Assembly: GCA_046351475.1 (NCBI GenBank)
Contig: JAXLYL010000026.1
Span: 1 to 64,000, forward strand
Direction of reading: 5' to 3'
Origin: Polyangiaceae bacterium
GTDB taxonomy: Bacteria > Myxococcota_A > Polyangia > Polyangiales > Polyangiaceae
DNA: 64,000 nucleotides
Part shown: piece after piece, positions 10,188-19,480 of the stretch
Layout: each line of letters opens with the position of its first letter
Numbering within the stretch: position 1 is the stretch's first letter
The notes under the pieces: generated by a model
Databases searched by the model: none
Told to the model about the DNA's origin: nothing
Seen by the model: the letters and a program-made list of their open reading frames with translations, nothing else
Translations under genes and position numbers: made by a program

Positions 10188-12005
10188 ATGGCGAACCCGC
10201 CGCGACGGAAAGACGACCCGACGCCACGCGTGAGCGTTCCTCCCGCGCGTTCCTCGGGGTCGATCCGTCCGAGCCGAGCGCCATCGGCCCCGAGTCTTCC
10301 GCCCGCCGAGGAGCAAGGGCTCGACGAGGTCGAACGCGCCCTGTCGCTCATGCAAGGGCGGGATCCGAAGTACGAGCGCGCTCTCCGCGAGACACGGGAG
10401 GCCGCCGAGAAGCACGCGCGTGACGTGGCGGACGCCGAGGCGAAAGCCACGCAACGTGCGTGGACGCGACGCGCGATCGGTGTCGCGGTCCTCCTCGTCG
10501 TCGCGGCCACGGGGGCGTTCGTCGTGAAGCGCGTCCAGACGAAGAAGCGTCTCGACAAGGCGCTCGATCCTTTGTCCGCGAAGTTCGTGGCGGAAGGGTT
10601 CACGTCCGTTCCCGGGTCCTTCGCGTCCCTCCCGACGTCGACGGAGCTCGACTCCGACGGGCAGAACTGTTTCGTCGTCGTCGCCACGGAAGGATTCGCG
10701 CTCGATCACGGGGGCGTGACGGTCGACGGCAAGGGGTCGTTCGGGTTCTGCACCTGCGGCCCGGAAATGATCACGGCGAAGGCGACGCCGGACGGCGCCG
10801 AGCCTTCGGGCGTCCGCCTCCTCCGCGGGGACAACCGTCGCGTCGGCGGCATCCGCGCGCTCCCGTTCATGAAACACCAGCCGGACGTCGTCGGAGCCGG
10901 GGGCACCGAGTGTTCCGAAGATCAATTCGATGCGTGGCTGGAATCCGGGCACACGACGTCGACGTCCACCGATCCCCCGTGGCTCGCGGCGAGGACGAAG
11001 GGACTGCCGAAAGGCGCGGTGGGATTCGCGATCGTCGCGAACGCGGCCTCGACCGATCCGGGGGCGATCGCGAACGGCGCGGCCGAGCGGTGTTTCGTGG
11101 CCGTCGCCGAGAAACCGTCCGCGACGTTGCGGTTGCGATGGAAGGGAGGCGAACGCGTCGTCGACTCCGCCGGCGCGTATCTCGGATGGTGCGCGAAGGA
11201 AGCCGCGAGCGCCACGGTCCTCCGGGAAGGTGGAGGCGAGGTCGCGGTCCTGGCCGCACCGGCGTCGTCGACAGGCGGCGTGATCGGTCTCGAAGAGATC
11301 GGCACGCGCGTGTTCGGCAACACGATGCCGACGTGGGCCCCCCCTTCCGATCTCGACTGGAGTGCGCGCTTGTCCCTCCTCGCGAGTACTCTCTCCGATT
11401 CGCAGGTGACCACCGTGCAGATGGCGGCGTTCTCGCACGCGTCGCCCACCACCCGGGTGGTGGCGCTCTCGGTGGACGGTCCCCTCGGTTCCGCGGCGTT
11501 CGACGACGATCGCTTCCATTGCGCTCCCCTTTTCGACGCGAAAGCGCGCGGGTCCGTCTGCACGGAACCGACCCACGAATTTTTCGTGCGCATCGCCAAG
11601 GTGAATCGCGGCGGCCTCGCCGAGGGCGCCCTTCCCCTCTGGATGCAGGCGATCGCCGGCGCGACGAAGACCCCCCAGTCCGCGGCGGTCGAAGGCCGAC
11701 TGCTCGCCCTCGCACGACGACTCACGTCCGAAGGGTTCGTTCCCACGTTCCTCGAGGCCGCCACCGAACACGAATTCGGAATCGAGATCTTCGGTCGGAA
11801 GGGCGAGGACGCGGTCGTCGCCGTGGGGGTCGCGTCGAAGCCTCCCTACGCGTTCCCGTACACGAACGACGCCGGGTGGTCCCTCGAGGACGTGCCCGCG
11901 ATCATTCCACTCGAAGAGGGGCACGTCGTGTCCCTCGCGGCGAAGCCGGCGCCGTCCGCTCCCGTGAGTGAGCGACGGACGGTGGTCTTCCGACGCAAAA
12001 AGTGA
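10188..12005 (+). CDS. Hypothetical single-pass membrane protein (605 aa)
   Basis: The ATG is at 10188. It has a charged N-terminus and one TM helix (AIGVAVLLVVAATGAFVV). The large C-terminal region has internally similar Cys-containing modules (NCFVVVATEGFALDHGG... and ERCFVAVAEKPSATLRL...). The opposite-strand ORF 10056..12044 is Arg-rich junk. Confidence 0.55.
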   Translation: MANPPRRKDDPTPRVSVPPARSSGSIRPSRAPSAPSLPPAEEQGLDEVERALSLMQGRDPKYERALRETREAAEKHARDVADAEAKATQRAWTRRAIGVAVLLVVAATGAFVVKRVQTKKRLDKALDPLSAKFVAEGFTSVPGSFASLPTSTELDSDGQNCFVVVATEGFALDHGGVTVDGKGSFGFCTCGPEMITAKATPDGAEPSGVRLLRGDNRRVGGIRALPFMKHQPDVVGAGGTECSEDQFDAWLESGHTTSTSTDPPWLAARTKGLPKGAVGFAIVANAASTDPGAIANGAAERCFVAVAEKPSATLRLRWKGGERVVDSAGAYLGWCAKEAASATVLREGGGEVAVLAAPASSTGGVIGLEEIGTRVFGNTMPTWAPPSDLDWSARLSLLASTLSDSQVTTVQMAAFSHASPTTRVVALSVDGPLGSAAFDDDRFHCAPLFDAKARGSVCTEPTHEFFVRIAKVNRGGLAEGALPLWMQAIAGATKTPQSAAVEGRLLALARRLTSEGFVPTFLEAATEHEFGIEIFGRKGEDAVVAVGVASKPPYAFPYTNDAGWSLEDVPAIIPLEEGHVVSLAAKPAPSAPVSERRTVVFRRKK

Positions 12006-12194
12006 GGAAAATTCCGCTCTCGATGGGGCGGATCCGCGACGCACCGGGTCACGACGCCGCGAACGTGACGCCGCCCGCGATTTCCCGGGACTTTTTCGGC
12101 TTGGGACGGACGCGGCGCAATCCCGTGGCGCACCCCGGGGGCCCGCGGTAGTGCCTACCTCGCCCTACATCGGGGCCAACGCGAGGTTGCCTGC

Positions 12195-12986
12195 GTGCTC
12201 GTTCCGTCGTCCCCGTCCGCCACGTCCCGACTTCCCGCCCCGTTCCGACCCGGCTTCCGGGTGCTGCCGGCGCTCCTGGTCACCCTCGCCGGCTTCGCCC
12301 TCGTGGCGTGCAGCGCCGATGGCTCGGGGACCGGGGACGAAGGCGGCGACACACCCGCGGCGACCGGAGAGGACGGCGGCGCGCCCGGTGCGACGGGAGC
12401 GACTCCCGGGTCGAACCCCTACGACGTGCCCGCCCGTCCGGCCGATGCGGGCGTGAGCGCCCTCCCGCCGTGGGAAGTTCCGGATGCCTCGAAGGACGCC
12501 AAGTCCACCACGACCGAGCAGACCGACGCGGGAACCAAGCCCGCGGTGCCCGCCGAATCCTGTGCGGCGGACGGCGCGTGCACGGCGCCGGAAGACATCG
12601 GTTCGGTCAGCGGCGACGAAGGTGCCGGGACGATTTCGCGCCAAGGTTCCAAGTCGGCGTGGTTCTCGGTGCGCCTCACGCAGAACGCGCAGGGTTGGAC
12701 GTACTCCTCCATGAAACTCCGCGGGAGCCTCATCGCGCCGGCGAACGCCGCGTTCGAACTCCACATGTACGTCGACACCGCCGCTGACAAGCTCCAGTGC
12801 ACGGGACCGACCGCGAGCGCCGGCAACGGCGTGGGCGCCACGAGCCAAGCGAGTCTGAAGTGGGACACCGGTTGGCTCGACTATTCGGACCAATCCCGCA
12901 CGGTCGTGGTCGAAGTGCGGCGCACGAGCGGGGAGTGCCGACCGAACGAGAAGTGGAGCCTGCTGCTCGAAGGCAACCGCGAGTAG
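12195..12986 (+). CDS. Hypothetical lipoprotein
   Basis: The signal and lipobox are ...VLPALLVTLAGFALVAC (alternative GTG near 12261). An acidic, Gly-rich linker precedes a C-terminal domain with 4 Cys. Confidence 0.55.
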   Translation: MLVPSSPSATSRLPAPFRPGFRVLPALLVTLAGFALVACSADGSGTGDEGGDTPAATGEDGGAPGATGATPGSNPYDVPARPADAGVSALPPWEVPDASKDAKSTTTEQTDAGTKPAVPAESCAADGACTAPEDIGSVSGDEGAGTISRQGSKSAWFSVRLTQNAQGWTYSSMKLRGSLIAPANAAFELHMYVDTAADKLQCTGPTASAGNGVGATSQASLKWDTGWLDYSDQSRTVVVEVRRTSGECRPNEKWSLLLEGNRE

Positions 12987-13053
12987 AGGGGCTCCCCGCG
13001 CGCGCCACGGTTCGGGTTGACGTGCACCCGGGTTCGGGACGAGTCTCCGCCCC

Positions 13054-13869
13054 ATGGCGCACTCGTCCCTCCCCTCACGTCGCTCCATTTCCTTGCTCAC
13101 GGTCCTGCCCCTCGGCGCCGCACTCGCCGTGGGAACCTGCGCGGCCCTCCTCGCGGCCTGCGGCGACGGCGACGGCACGGGCGTCGTCGCGGACGGTGGA
13201 CTCCTCGACGGGACCACGAACGGCAACGGCGACGCCGCCGGCGACGGCGCCACCGTCGACACGGACGGGAGCGTCGTCCCCGCGGACGCCGAAGCCGACG
13301 GCACGACGGGCGACGGCGCCACCACCTCGACCGACTCCGGGACGTCGAACGACGGCGGGGGCACCCCGACCGACGGAGGCACGCACGCGGACGCTTCCGC
13401 CGACGCGGCGAGCGACGTCTTCGTCCCGTGCCATTCCCTCGTGCAACGCGGTGCCGTGATCCAAGAGACGAACGTCGCGAGCCCCCTCCCGTCGTTCGAT
13501 CCTCCCGGCACCATCGCGGCGGGCGCGTACAAGCTCACGGCGGTGCGCGTCTACACCGGTGTCTCGGGCGGAACGGGAACCACGGGACTCACGCGCCAGG
13601 AGACCCTGGAGATCGATCCGCCGAGCCCCATCTCGGTGTCGATGCTGACGGTCGCCACCGAAACGCCCGCGGGCGATCCGCCGACGACGACCTACGAGAC
13701 CCGTCGCCTGTCGTTCCAGAACGACGGCGGCGTGTCCGTGAGCGAACTCTGCGCCGCGAACTTCGTCGGCCGGACGGTCTACCAGTCCACGGGTGCGGAC
13801 GCCGGCGCGGAGTTCCGCATCGTTCTGCCGCCGGGCAGCAACCGCGTGCTCACGTACACGAAGGACTGA
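13054..13869 (+). CDS. Hypothetical lipoprotein
   Basis: The N-terminus MAHSSLPSRRSISLLTVLPLGAALAVGTCAALLAAC carries a lipobox. A long D/G/T-rich linker precedes a C-terminal domain. Confidence 0.55.
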   Translation: MAHSSLPSRRSISLLTVLPLGAALAVGTCAALLAACGDGDGTGVVADGGLLDGTTNGNGDAAGDGATVDTDGSVVPADAEADGTTGDGATTSTDSGTSNDGGGTPTDGGTHADASADAASDVFVPCHSLVQRGAVIQETNVASPLPSFDPPGTIAAGAYKLTAVRVYTGVSGGTGTTGLTRQETLEIDPPSPISVSMLTVATETPAGDPPTTTYETRRLSFQNDGGVSVSELCAANFVGRTVYQSTGADAGAEFRIVLPPGSNRVLTYTKD

Positions 13870-14011
13870 GCGCTTCCCGAAGCGTTTCTTGAAACGACGT
13901 GCGGGCGCGCGTGTGCGGCGAGCCCGCGACACGTCTCCCACGATCCCACACACGAGGTGAGCGGCCGCGTCGGCGATCCCATCCGCGGGCGATTGTTCTA
14001 TCCTCGGAGGC

Positions 14012-15493
14012 GTGACCCGCGAGGAAGTCTGGTCCGCCGTCAGCGCCTACCTGAGCGAGGAGTTCGGCAAGCTCGTCGTCGTGCGTGACGTGCGACGGGT
14101 GCGACGCGTCGCCGGCGATTGCTGGGCCGTGGTCGTCGCGATCGTGAACTCCGCGGGCGACATCCCCGTGCAGGAGCTCAGCGTCGACGAAGACGGCGTG
14201 ATGACGCCCACCCTCGACGGCGACGACATCGCCGCGGCCATCCGGAAGGCGACACCGACCGAGAAGAAGCCGGCCACGGACGACTTCGGCCTTTCGGGCA
14301 TGGGAGGCATGGGCGGCGGTCTGCTCGACGATTTCGACGACCTCGTCGTCCCGCCGGAATCCATCCCGCCGGGTGAGGGCGCGGACTCGCTGCGTTCGAA
14401 GATCGAGGAGTTCCTCGCCGCGGGGGACGACTTCTCCCTCCGGCAAGTGCGCGAGCTCCTTCCGCACCTCTTGGCGGATCCCGATCGGCGTGGCGCCACG
14501 CTCCTCCGCATGGCGGCGGTCGAGAAGCGTCTCGCCGAGCCGCAGATCGCGATGCAGTATCTGGAGGCCGCGTCCCGCGAGTTCGCCGACAGGTTCGACC
14601 TCCCCTCCCTCGAACGTGCGGCGGCGATGGCCATCGAGATCGTGGGCGGCAAGGAATTCTCGGCGACGCCCATCCACGCCATCCTCGAACTCGCGCGTTC
14701 GAAGGTGCGCCCGCTGCAGAACGTCTTCGACTGCAAGATCTTCGCGCCTCTCCAGGGCGACCAGCGCGGTTGGCTCGTGGAAAACTTCGAGGTGCGCACG
14801 CTCTCGCCCAACGAGATCCTCGTGCGTGAAGGGCAACCTTCCGAGAACGTGTTCGTCGTGAAGAGCGGCCTCCTCGGCGTGCTCCTCGACACGACGAACG
14901 GCGGCAACCGACTCGTGCGCTGCTGTCCGCCGGGCCTCCTTCTCGGCGAGACGAGCGTCAGTGCGGACGACGATCCGCGGTGCACGGCGACGCTCCGGGC
15001 GCAGACCGTCACGGAAGTCTGGGAGATGCCCGGTGCCGTCCTCAAGATGGTCATGGACAAGGACAAGGCCCTCTCCGATCGCATCATGGCCACGCGCCAG
15101 CTCCATCGCATCGACTCGTTCTTCTCGATGCACGAGAGCATCGGCGGACTCGACGTCCTCGTCCGCGACGAACTGCTCTCGGCCATCGACCGCGTCGAGA
15201 CCTTCGCCTCCGACACGACGATCCTGAAGTCGGGCGTCGTGCCGGAATCGGCGTACCTCGTCGCGCGAGGGAGTCTGTTCCTCAAGGATCCCGAGCACGA
15301 GAACGCGGCGCCCGTCACCGTCGCGGCCGATCACTTCTTCGGCGTGCGCGACGCGCTCCACCAGATCCCGTCCGCGCTCGAGGCCGTGGCCACGTCGGGC
15401 ACGCAGGTGGCCATCCTCGACGCGGGCAAGCTCCGCGCGCTGTCCGAGCGGAGCCCCGATCACGTCGTGGCCGTGCTCGAACGGCTCGGCTGA
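14012..15493 (+). CDS. Protein with tandem cyclic-nucleotide-binding (cNMP) domains and an unknown N-terminal domain
   Basis: GGAGG at 14006-14010 precedes the GTG at 14012. Two CAP-family cNMP-binding beta-barrel signatures are present (...ILVREGQPSENVFVVKSGLLGVLLD...LLLGETSV... and ...TILKSGVVPESAYLVARGSLFLKD...HFFGVRDAL...). There is no HTH or other output domain. Confidence 0.7.
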   Translation: MTREEVWSAVSAYLSEEFGKLVVVRDVRRVRRVAGDCWAVVVAIVNSAGDIPVQELSVDEDGVMTPTLDGDDIAAAIRKATPTEKKPATDDFGLSGMGGMGGGLLDDFDDLVVPPESIPPGEGADSLRSKIEEFLAAGDDFSLRQVRELLPHLLADPDRRGATLLRMAAVEKRLAEPQIAMQYLEAASREFADRFDLPSLERAAAMAIEIVGGKEFSATPIHAILELARSKVRPLQNVFDCKIFAPLQGDQRGWLVENFEVRTLSPNEILVREGQPSENVFVVKSGLLGVLLDTTNGGNRLVRCCPPGLLLGETSVSADDDPRCTATLRAQTVTEVWEMPGAVLKMVMDKDKALSDRIMATRQLHRIDSFFSMHESIGGLDVLVRDELLSAIDRVETFASDTTILKSGVVPESAYLVARGSLFLKDPEHENAAPVTVAADHFFGVRDALHQIPSALEAVATSGTQVAILDAGKLRALSERSPDHVVAVLERLG

Positions 15494-15789
15494 GGTCCGT
15501 CGGTTCCCGAAGACGGCCCCTCACGCGTGGCACGGTTCCGTTCCGCACGGAACGACGCGGCGCCGTGCGTCGAAGGTGCGCGTCGCGTCCAGGAAGCGCC
15601 CGGAATCGCGGGCCGAAATGGCCGGGTGGTCGATGGCCGGACAGGCTCCGGACGTGGGCCACGCGCGACGTCTGGATCGATCGCGATCTGGATCGAACCA
15701 CTCACAACGTAGCGAGATGTCCGGACTTTTCGAGTCTCGATCGACGGAACGGCGATCTGTTTCCGGGTTCACGTCGTACGCTCTTCATC

Positions 15790-16833
15790 ATGACGAAGCT
15801 GCGTCCCTCCTCCGCTCCGACGTTCCTCACGACCGCCCGTCTGCTCGTCCTCCCCGCCTTCGCCGTGCTCGCGGCGTGCAGCTCGGCCTCCGCGCCAACC
15901 GGTACGAACGATCGAGGCACCCAGGGCGACGAGACGTGGGGAGACGGCAAGTCGCTCTCGGGCACCGTCACCATCGGCTCCTCGTCGACGGTGACGATCA
16001 AGGCCGGGGCGAAGATCACGGTGGCCGCGAACACGAAGATCGTGGTGAAGGGCAGCCTCAAGAGCGAGTACGGCGACAAGCACGCCATCGTGGGCGGCAC
16101 CGAGGATTGGGAGGGCATCGACGTGGAGGACGGCGGCTCCATCGAGCTCGACGGCGTGGACGTCGGTCGCGGCAAGGTGACCTTGAACGTGAAGGCCGGC
16201 GCGGTCGTCGCGACGTTCCGTCGTGGAGTCATCGCGGGCGCCGCGGAAGCGTTCCACGTGGAAGAGGGCGCGCAGCTCAACGTGGACCACCTCTCGGTCA
16301 CGGCGGGTGTGGGTACGTCACGCATCGCGGGCAAGCTCGTCGCGTCCTACATGGACTTCGACGGCAACGGGCAGGACGGCATCGCGACCGACGGCCCCAA
16401 GGCCTACGTCGACATCTCGGACTCGCTCCTCCACGGCAAGGGCGGCAACGACGACATGCTCTGGGGATCGAGCGGAGGCCACTTTCGTGTACAATACACG
16501 GAGATCTACAACGCCCACTGCTCCTTCCACTTCGACAACATCAACACGTTCGACATCTCGTACGTGTGGTCCCACAACAACCTGTACGGCATGATGCTCG
16601 ACGGTTCCGAGGGCGAGGGTTCGCGCACGATCACGAACACCAACTTCACGGACAACACCGCCCTCGCCCTGCAGGAAGACCAGACCGCCACCAACGGCGC
16701 GATCTCGATCACGAACTGCTACTTCGACGGGAACAAGGGCGGCAAACAAGTCTTCCGGCCCGACACGAAGATCAAGGTCTCGAACGACGCGAACGCGAAG
16801 ATCCCCGGCACGGGTCCCCGCCCGGAGAAGTGA
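15790..16833 (+). CDS. Lipoprotein with right-handed parallel beta-helix repeats (pectate-lyase-like fold)
   Basis: The N-terminus MTKLRPSSAPTFLTTARLLVLPAFAVLAAC carries a lipobox. Gly/Asn-rich beta-helix coils repeat (...NTNFTDNTALALQED...ISITNCYFDGNKGG...). Confidence 0.6.
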   Translation: MTKLRPSSAPTFLTTARLLVLPAFAVLAACSSASAPTGTNDRGTQGDETWGDGKSLSGTVTIGSSSTVTIKAGAKITVAANTKIVVKGSLKSEYGDKHAIVGGTEDWEGIDVEDGGSIELDGVDVGRGKVTLNVKAGAVVATFRRGVIAGAAEAFHVEEGAQLNVDHLSVTAGVGTSRIAGKLVASYMDFDGNGQDGIATDGPKAYVDISDSLLHGKGGNDDMLWGSSGGHFRVQYTEIYNAHCSFHFDNINTFDISYVWSHNNLYGMMLDGSEGEGSRTITNTNFTDNTALALQEDQTATNGAISITNCYFDGNKGGKQVFRPDTKIKVSNDANAKIPGTGPRPEK

Positions 16834-16917
16834 CCGGAACTCGCGGAGACTCCCCAGCGGGGTCGGCTTCCGGGCCGGCCCCGCTTTCGTTTCACGGCGT
16901 CGGTCCGGGCCGTCGTT

Positions 16918-18264
16918 TCAGGGCTTGGACTCCGCCAGGAGACGCACGGCCGTGCGGAGCTGCACGTCGGCGGCGAGCCGCTCCTTCGCGTCCCGCATGC
17001 CCTCGAGCCGTTCGAGGGACTTGGGGTCCATGGCGGTCTCGATGTCGGGCGCCATGCCCACGCCCTGGAACGCTCGGCCGCCGGGGGACTGGAAGAGGTG
17101 CGTCGTGAACTTGGCGGCGTAACCGTTCGGAAGATCGTCGATGGTCTGGACGCTCCACTTGCCGAGCGTCCGCGCTCCTACGAGGGTCGCCTTGACGTCC
17201 TCGGCCAACGCCGCCGCGACGAACTCGCCTCCGGAGGACGTCTCGGAGTCGACGAGCACCACGGTCTTCCCGAGCGGGAGGACGGGCTTGCCCTTCGAGA
17301 CGATGCGCTCGTCCTTGCCGTCCCGCCCGACGACGCGGACGATGGTCGCGCCTTCGGGGACCATGAGTTCCGCGGTGGACACCGCGTCGTCGAACCCGCC
17401 TCCATGGTTCGAGCGGAGGTCGACGACGAACGACGTCGCGCCGTCCTTCGCGAACGTCTCGAGCGCACGGCGGACGGCCGGCGGCGTCTTCGCGGAGAAC
17501 GCCTTGATGCGCAGGTAACCGATCTTCCCTTCGAGGAGCGAATGATCCACGGCCTCGAACGGCACGGTCCCGCGTTCGACGGAGAACGGGAGGAGCTTGT
17601 CGTCCCGGAGGACGACGAGGGACACCTTCTCCCCCGCCTTGCCGCGGATGTCGCCGACGACGTCGCGGAGCGTACGACCGCGCCCGATCTTGCCGCCCAC
17701 GGACACGATGCGATCGCCCTGGGCGATGCCCGCCTTCTCGGCGGGTGAACCCGGGATCACGCCGAGCACTTCCGAGTGGCCGCTCGCGTCGTCGAACCGG
17801 ATGTGCACGCCGATGCCGACGACCTCGCCCTTCAGATCGACCCGCAGCTCGCGCACTTCCTCGGGGGAGAGCAACGCGTTCCACTTCTTCATGGGTGGGT
17901 CCGCGTACGTGAGCATCCCGCGCACGGCCGCCCGCCAAAGATCGTCCTCGGTGATTCCGTCCCGGTAGTAGCGCTCGAGGAGCGCCTCCTTGAGCTTGCG
18001 AAAGTTCTTCTCGCCACCCTCGAACTTCGCTTCGGGAACGGAGTCGTCGTCCTCGGGGGCGGGCGTGTCGGGCCCCTTCGCGACGGCGTCGCTCGGACGC
18101 GCGCCGCTCCCGGGGACGGAGGACACGCCCTTGGACGAGGACGCGTTGGTCGGCGACGACGACGTCCCGGCGTCGCCGTTGCACGCGGGAAGGAGGCCGA
18201 CGACCGCGAAGAGGGCGAGGGCGCGGAATGGAACGGGACGGTGAGACGATGGACGCGTGTGCAT
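16918..18264 (-). CDS. ctpA: Carboxyl-terminal processing protease (S41 family, PDZ domain)
   Basis: The N-terminus MHTRPSS...ALALFAVVGLLPAC has a lipobox and signal. A PDZ domain follows (GIGVHIRFDDASGHSEVLGVIPGSPAEKAGIAQGDRIVSVGG). The S41 catalytic region is TVVLVDSETSSGGEFVAAAL... Confidence 0.85.
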   Translation of the reverse strand: MHTRPSSHRPVPFRALALFAVVGLLPACNGDAGTSSSPTNASSSKGVSSVPGSGARPSDAVAKGPDTPAPEDDDSVPEAKFEGGEKNFRKLKEALLERYYRDGITEDDLWRAAVRGMLTYADPPMKKWNALLSPEEVRELRVDLKGEVVGIGVHIRFDDASGHSEVLGVIPGSPAEKAGIAQGDRIVSVGGKIGRGRTLRDVVGDIRGKAGEKVSLVVLRDDKLLPFSVERGTVPFEAVDHSLLEGKIGYLRIKAFSAKTPPAVRRALETFAKDGATSFVVDLRSNHGGGFDDAVSTAELMVPEGATIVRVVGRDGKDERIVSKGKPVLPLGKTVVLVDSETSSGGEFVAAALAEDVKATLVGARTLGKWSVQTIDDLPNGYAAKFTTHLFQSPGGRAFQGVGMAPDIETAMDPKSLERLEGMRDAKERLAADVQLRTAVRLLAESKP

Positions 18265-18346
18265 GGGACCTCGGGAGATTCGCGACGTTCGGAGGGACGG
18301 GGCGGCGGAAGGGACCGGCTCGGACCGGGATCTCCGCACGCCGCAC

Positions 18347-18766
18347 TCAATAGATGCGCAGGCTGCCCGGCAGCTCCTGGGACGTGTCGACCTGCTCGGA
18401 GGTCGCCTTCGGCGCGGCGAGCCCCATCGCGCGCTCCACGACGACGGGCGCCACGCGGACCAGGAGCGCGACGAGGATCGCCGCGGCGAAGCTCTGGTAG
18501 AGCGGCACGGGGCGGCGCCAGAACGGCAACGTGACGGGACGCTTCACGAACGCCAGGGCCACGTCCCGCCGGAGCGCGGCGCGTGCGGCAGAGGAAGGCC
18601 GCGCCGATTCTCCGCCGCCCCGATCGAGGCGCTGCTTCAGACGCATGAACACGCGGAGGCACTCCGTGCACCCCACGAGGTGCGTCTCGACGCGCTCGCG
18701 GGCGTCGTCGTCCTGGGTGCCGAAGTGGTAGCCGACGAGTTCGTTCCGAATCAGGGCGCAATCCAT
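18347..18766 (-). CDS. Zinc-finger anti-sigma factor (ZAS/RsrA-like) with a C-terminal TM anchor
   Basis: The product starts MDCALIRNELVGYHF... and carries ...ETHLVGCTECLRV..., the HxxxCxxC ZAS motif. A hydrophobic segment follows (AAAILVALLVRVAPVVV). Its start overlaps the 3' end of the sigma gene by 16 nt. Confidence 0.7.
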   Translation of the reverse strand: MDCALIRNELVGYHFGTQDDDARERVETHLVGCTECLRVFMRLKQRLDRGGGESARPSSAARAALRRDVALAFVKRPVTLPFWRRPVPLYQSFAAAILVALLVRVAPVVVERAMGLAAPKATSEQVDTSQELPGSLRIY

Positions 18767-19299
18767 GGCGCGAGCTCCCGTTGCAATCGATGGACGAGTT
18801 GGGACATGCGGGACTTGATGGTCCCCGTGGGGATCTCGAGGAGGCTCGCCATCTCCTCGTAGGAGAGGCCGGCCACGCGGAGGTGGTAGACGGCGGCGAG
18901 GGGCTTCGAGAGTCGACGGACGGCGTCCTCGAGGGCGCCCTCGAGCTCGCGACGTTCGAGGACGTGCTCCGCCGAGGGGCGCGGATCCGGATCGGACGGT
19001 TCGTCGTCGAGGACCTCGTCGCGCGCGGCCTTCTTCAGCCGCTTGCGTGCGAGGTTCTTCGCGCACGTGTAGAGGTAGGCCCGGAAGCCTCCGGCCTCGA
19101 ACCGGAGACCTTCCGCACGCAAGGTGGCCATGAACGCCTCGTGGAAGACGTCTTCCGCGTCGGCGCGGCTCCCTGTGACGGCGAGCACGAACCCGAAGAG
19201 GTTCCTCTCGTAGCGCGCGTACAGGCGATCGAACGACGTGACATCGCCCGCGCGGACGCGCTCGTAGAGGTCCTCGTCGGACTCGGTCCCCACCGCCAT
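18751..19299 (-). CDS. ECF (group IV) RNA polymerase sigma factor
   Basis: From the ATG at 19299 the product is MAVGTESDEDLYERVRAGDVTSFDRLYARYERNLFGFV...VFHEAFMA (sigma-70 region 2) and ...LAAVYHLRVAGLSYEEMASLLEIPTGTIKSRMSQL... (region 4 HTH). Confidence 0.85.
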   Translation of the reverse strand: MAVGTESDEDLYERVRAGDVTSFDRLYARYERNLFGFVLAVTGSRADAEDVFHEAFMATLRAEGLRFEAGGFRAYLYTCAKNLARKRLKKAARDEVLDDEPSDPDPRPSAEHVLERRELEGALEDAVRRLSKPLAAVYHLRVAGLSYEEMASLLEIPTGTIKSRMSQLVHRLQRELAPWIAP

Positions 19300-19480
19300 G
19301 GCGGAAGAGGAACCCCGGTAGGAGCGAAAGGTTCGAAAAAAGATCCGGTCCCCCCGTCGATTTCGCCGGGCCGTCCGGAAACGTCGGACGGCGGACACCG
19401 CGACAAAACATGAACGGCGCCTCCGGGTGACCGGGGCGCCGTTCGCGGGGACGTGGATTCTCGGCCTTCGCCGAGAGTCT

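Noticed and set aside
10056-15463. Minus-strand ORFs 10056..12044, 12165..13538 and 13850..15463
   Set aside because: They are antisense to plus-strand genes with signal peptides or lipoboxes and a cNMP-domain protein. The translations are R/G-rich with no motifs.
14012-15493. Possible Pycsar/CBASS-type effector (cNMP-binding protein)
   Set aside because: There is no nucleotide cyclase, CD-NTase, TIR or TM effector domain in the gene or its neighbours. The flanking genes are ordinary lipoproteins.
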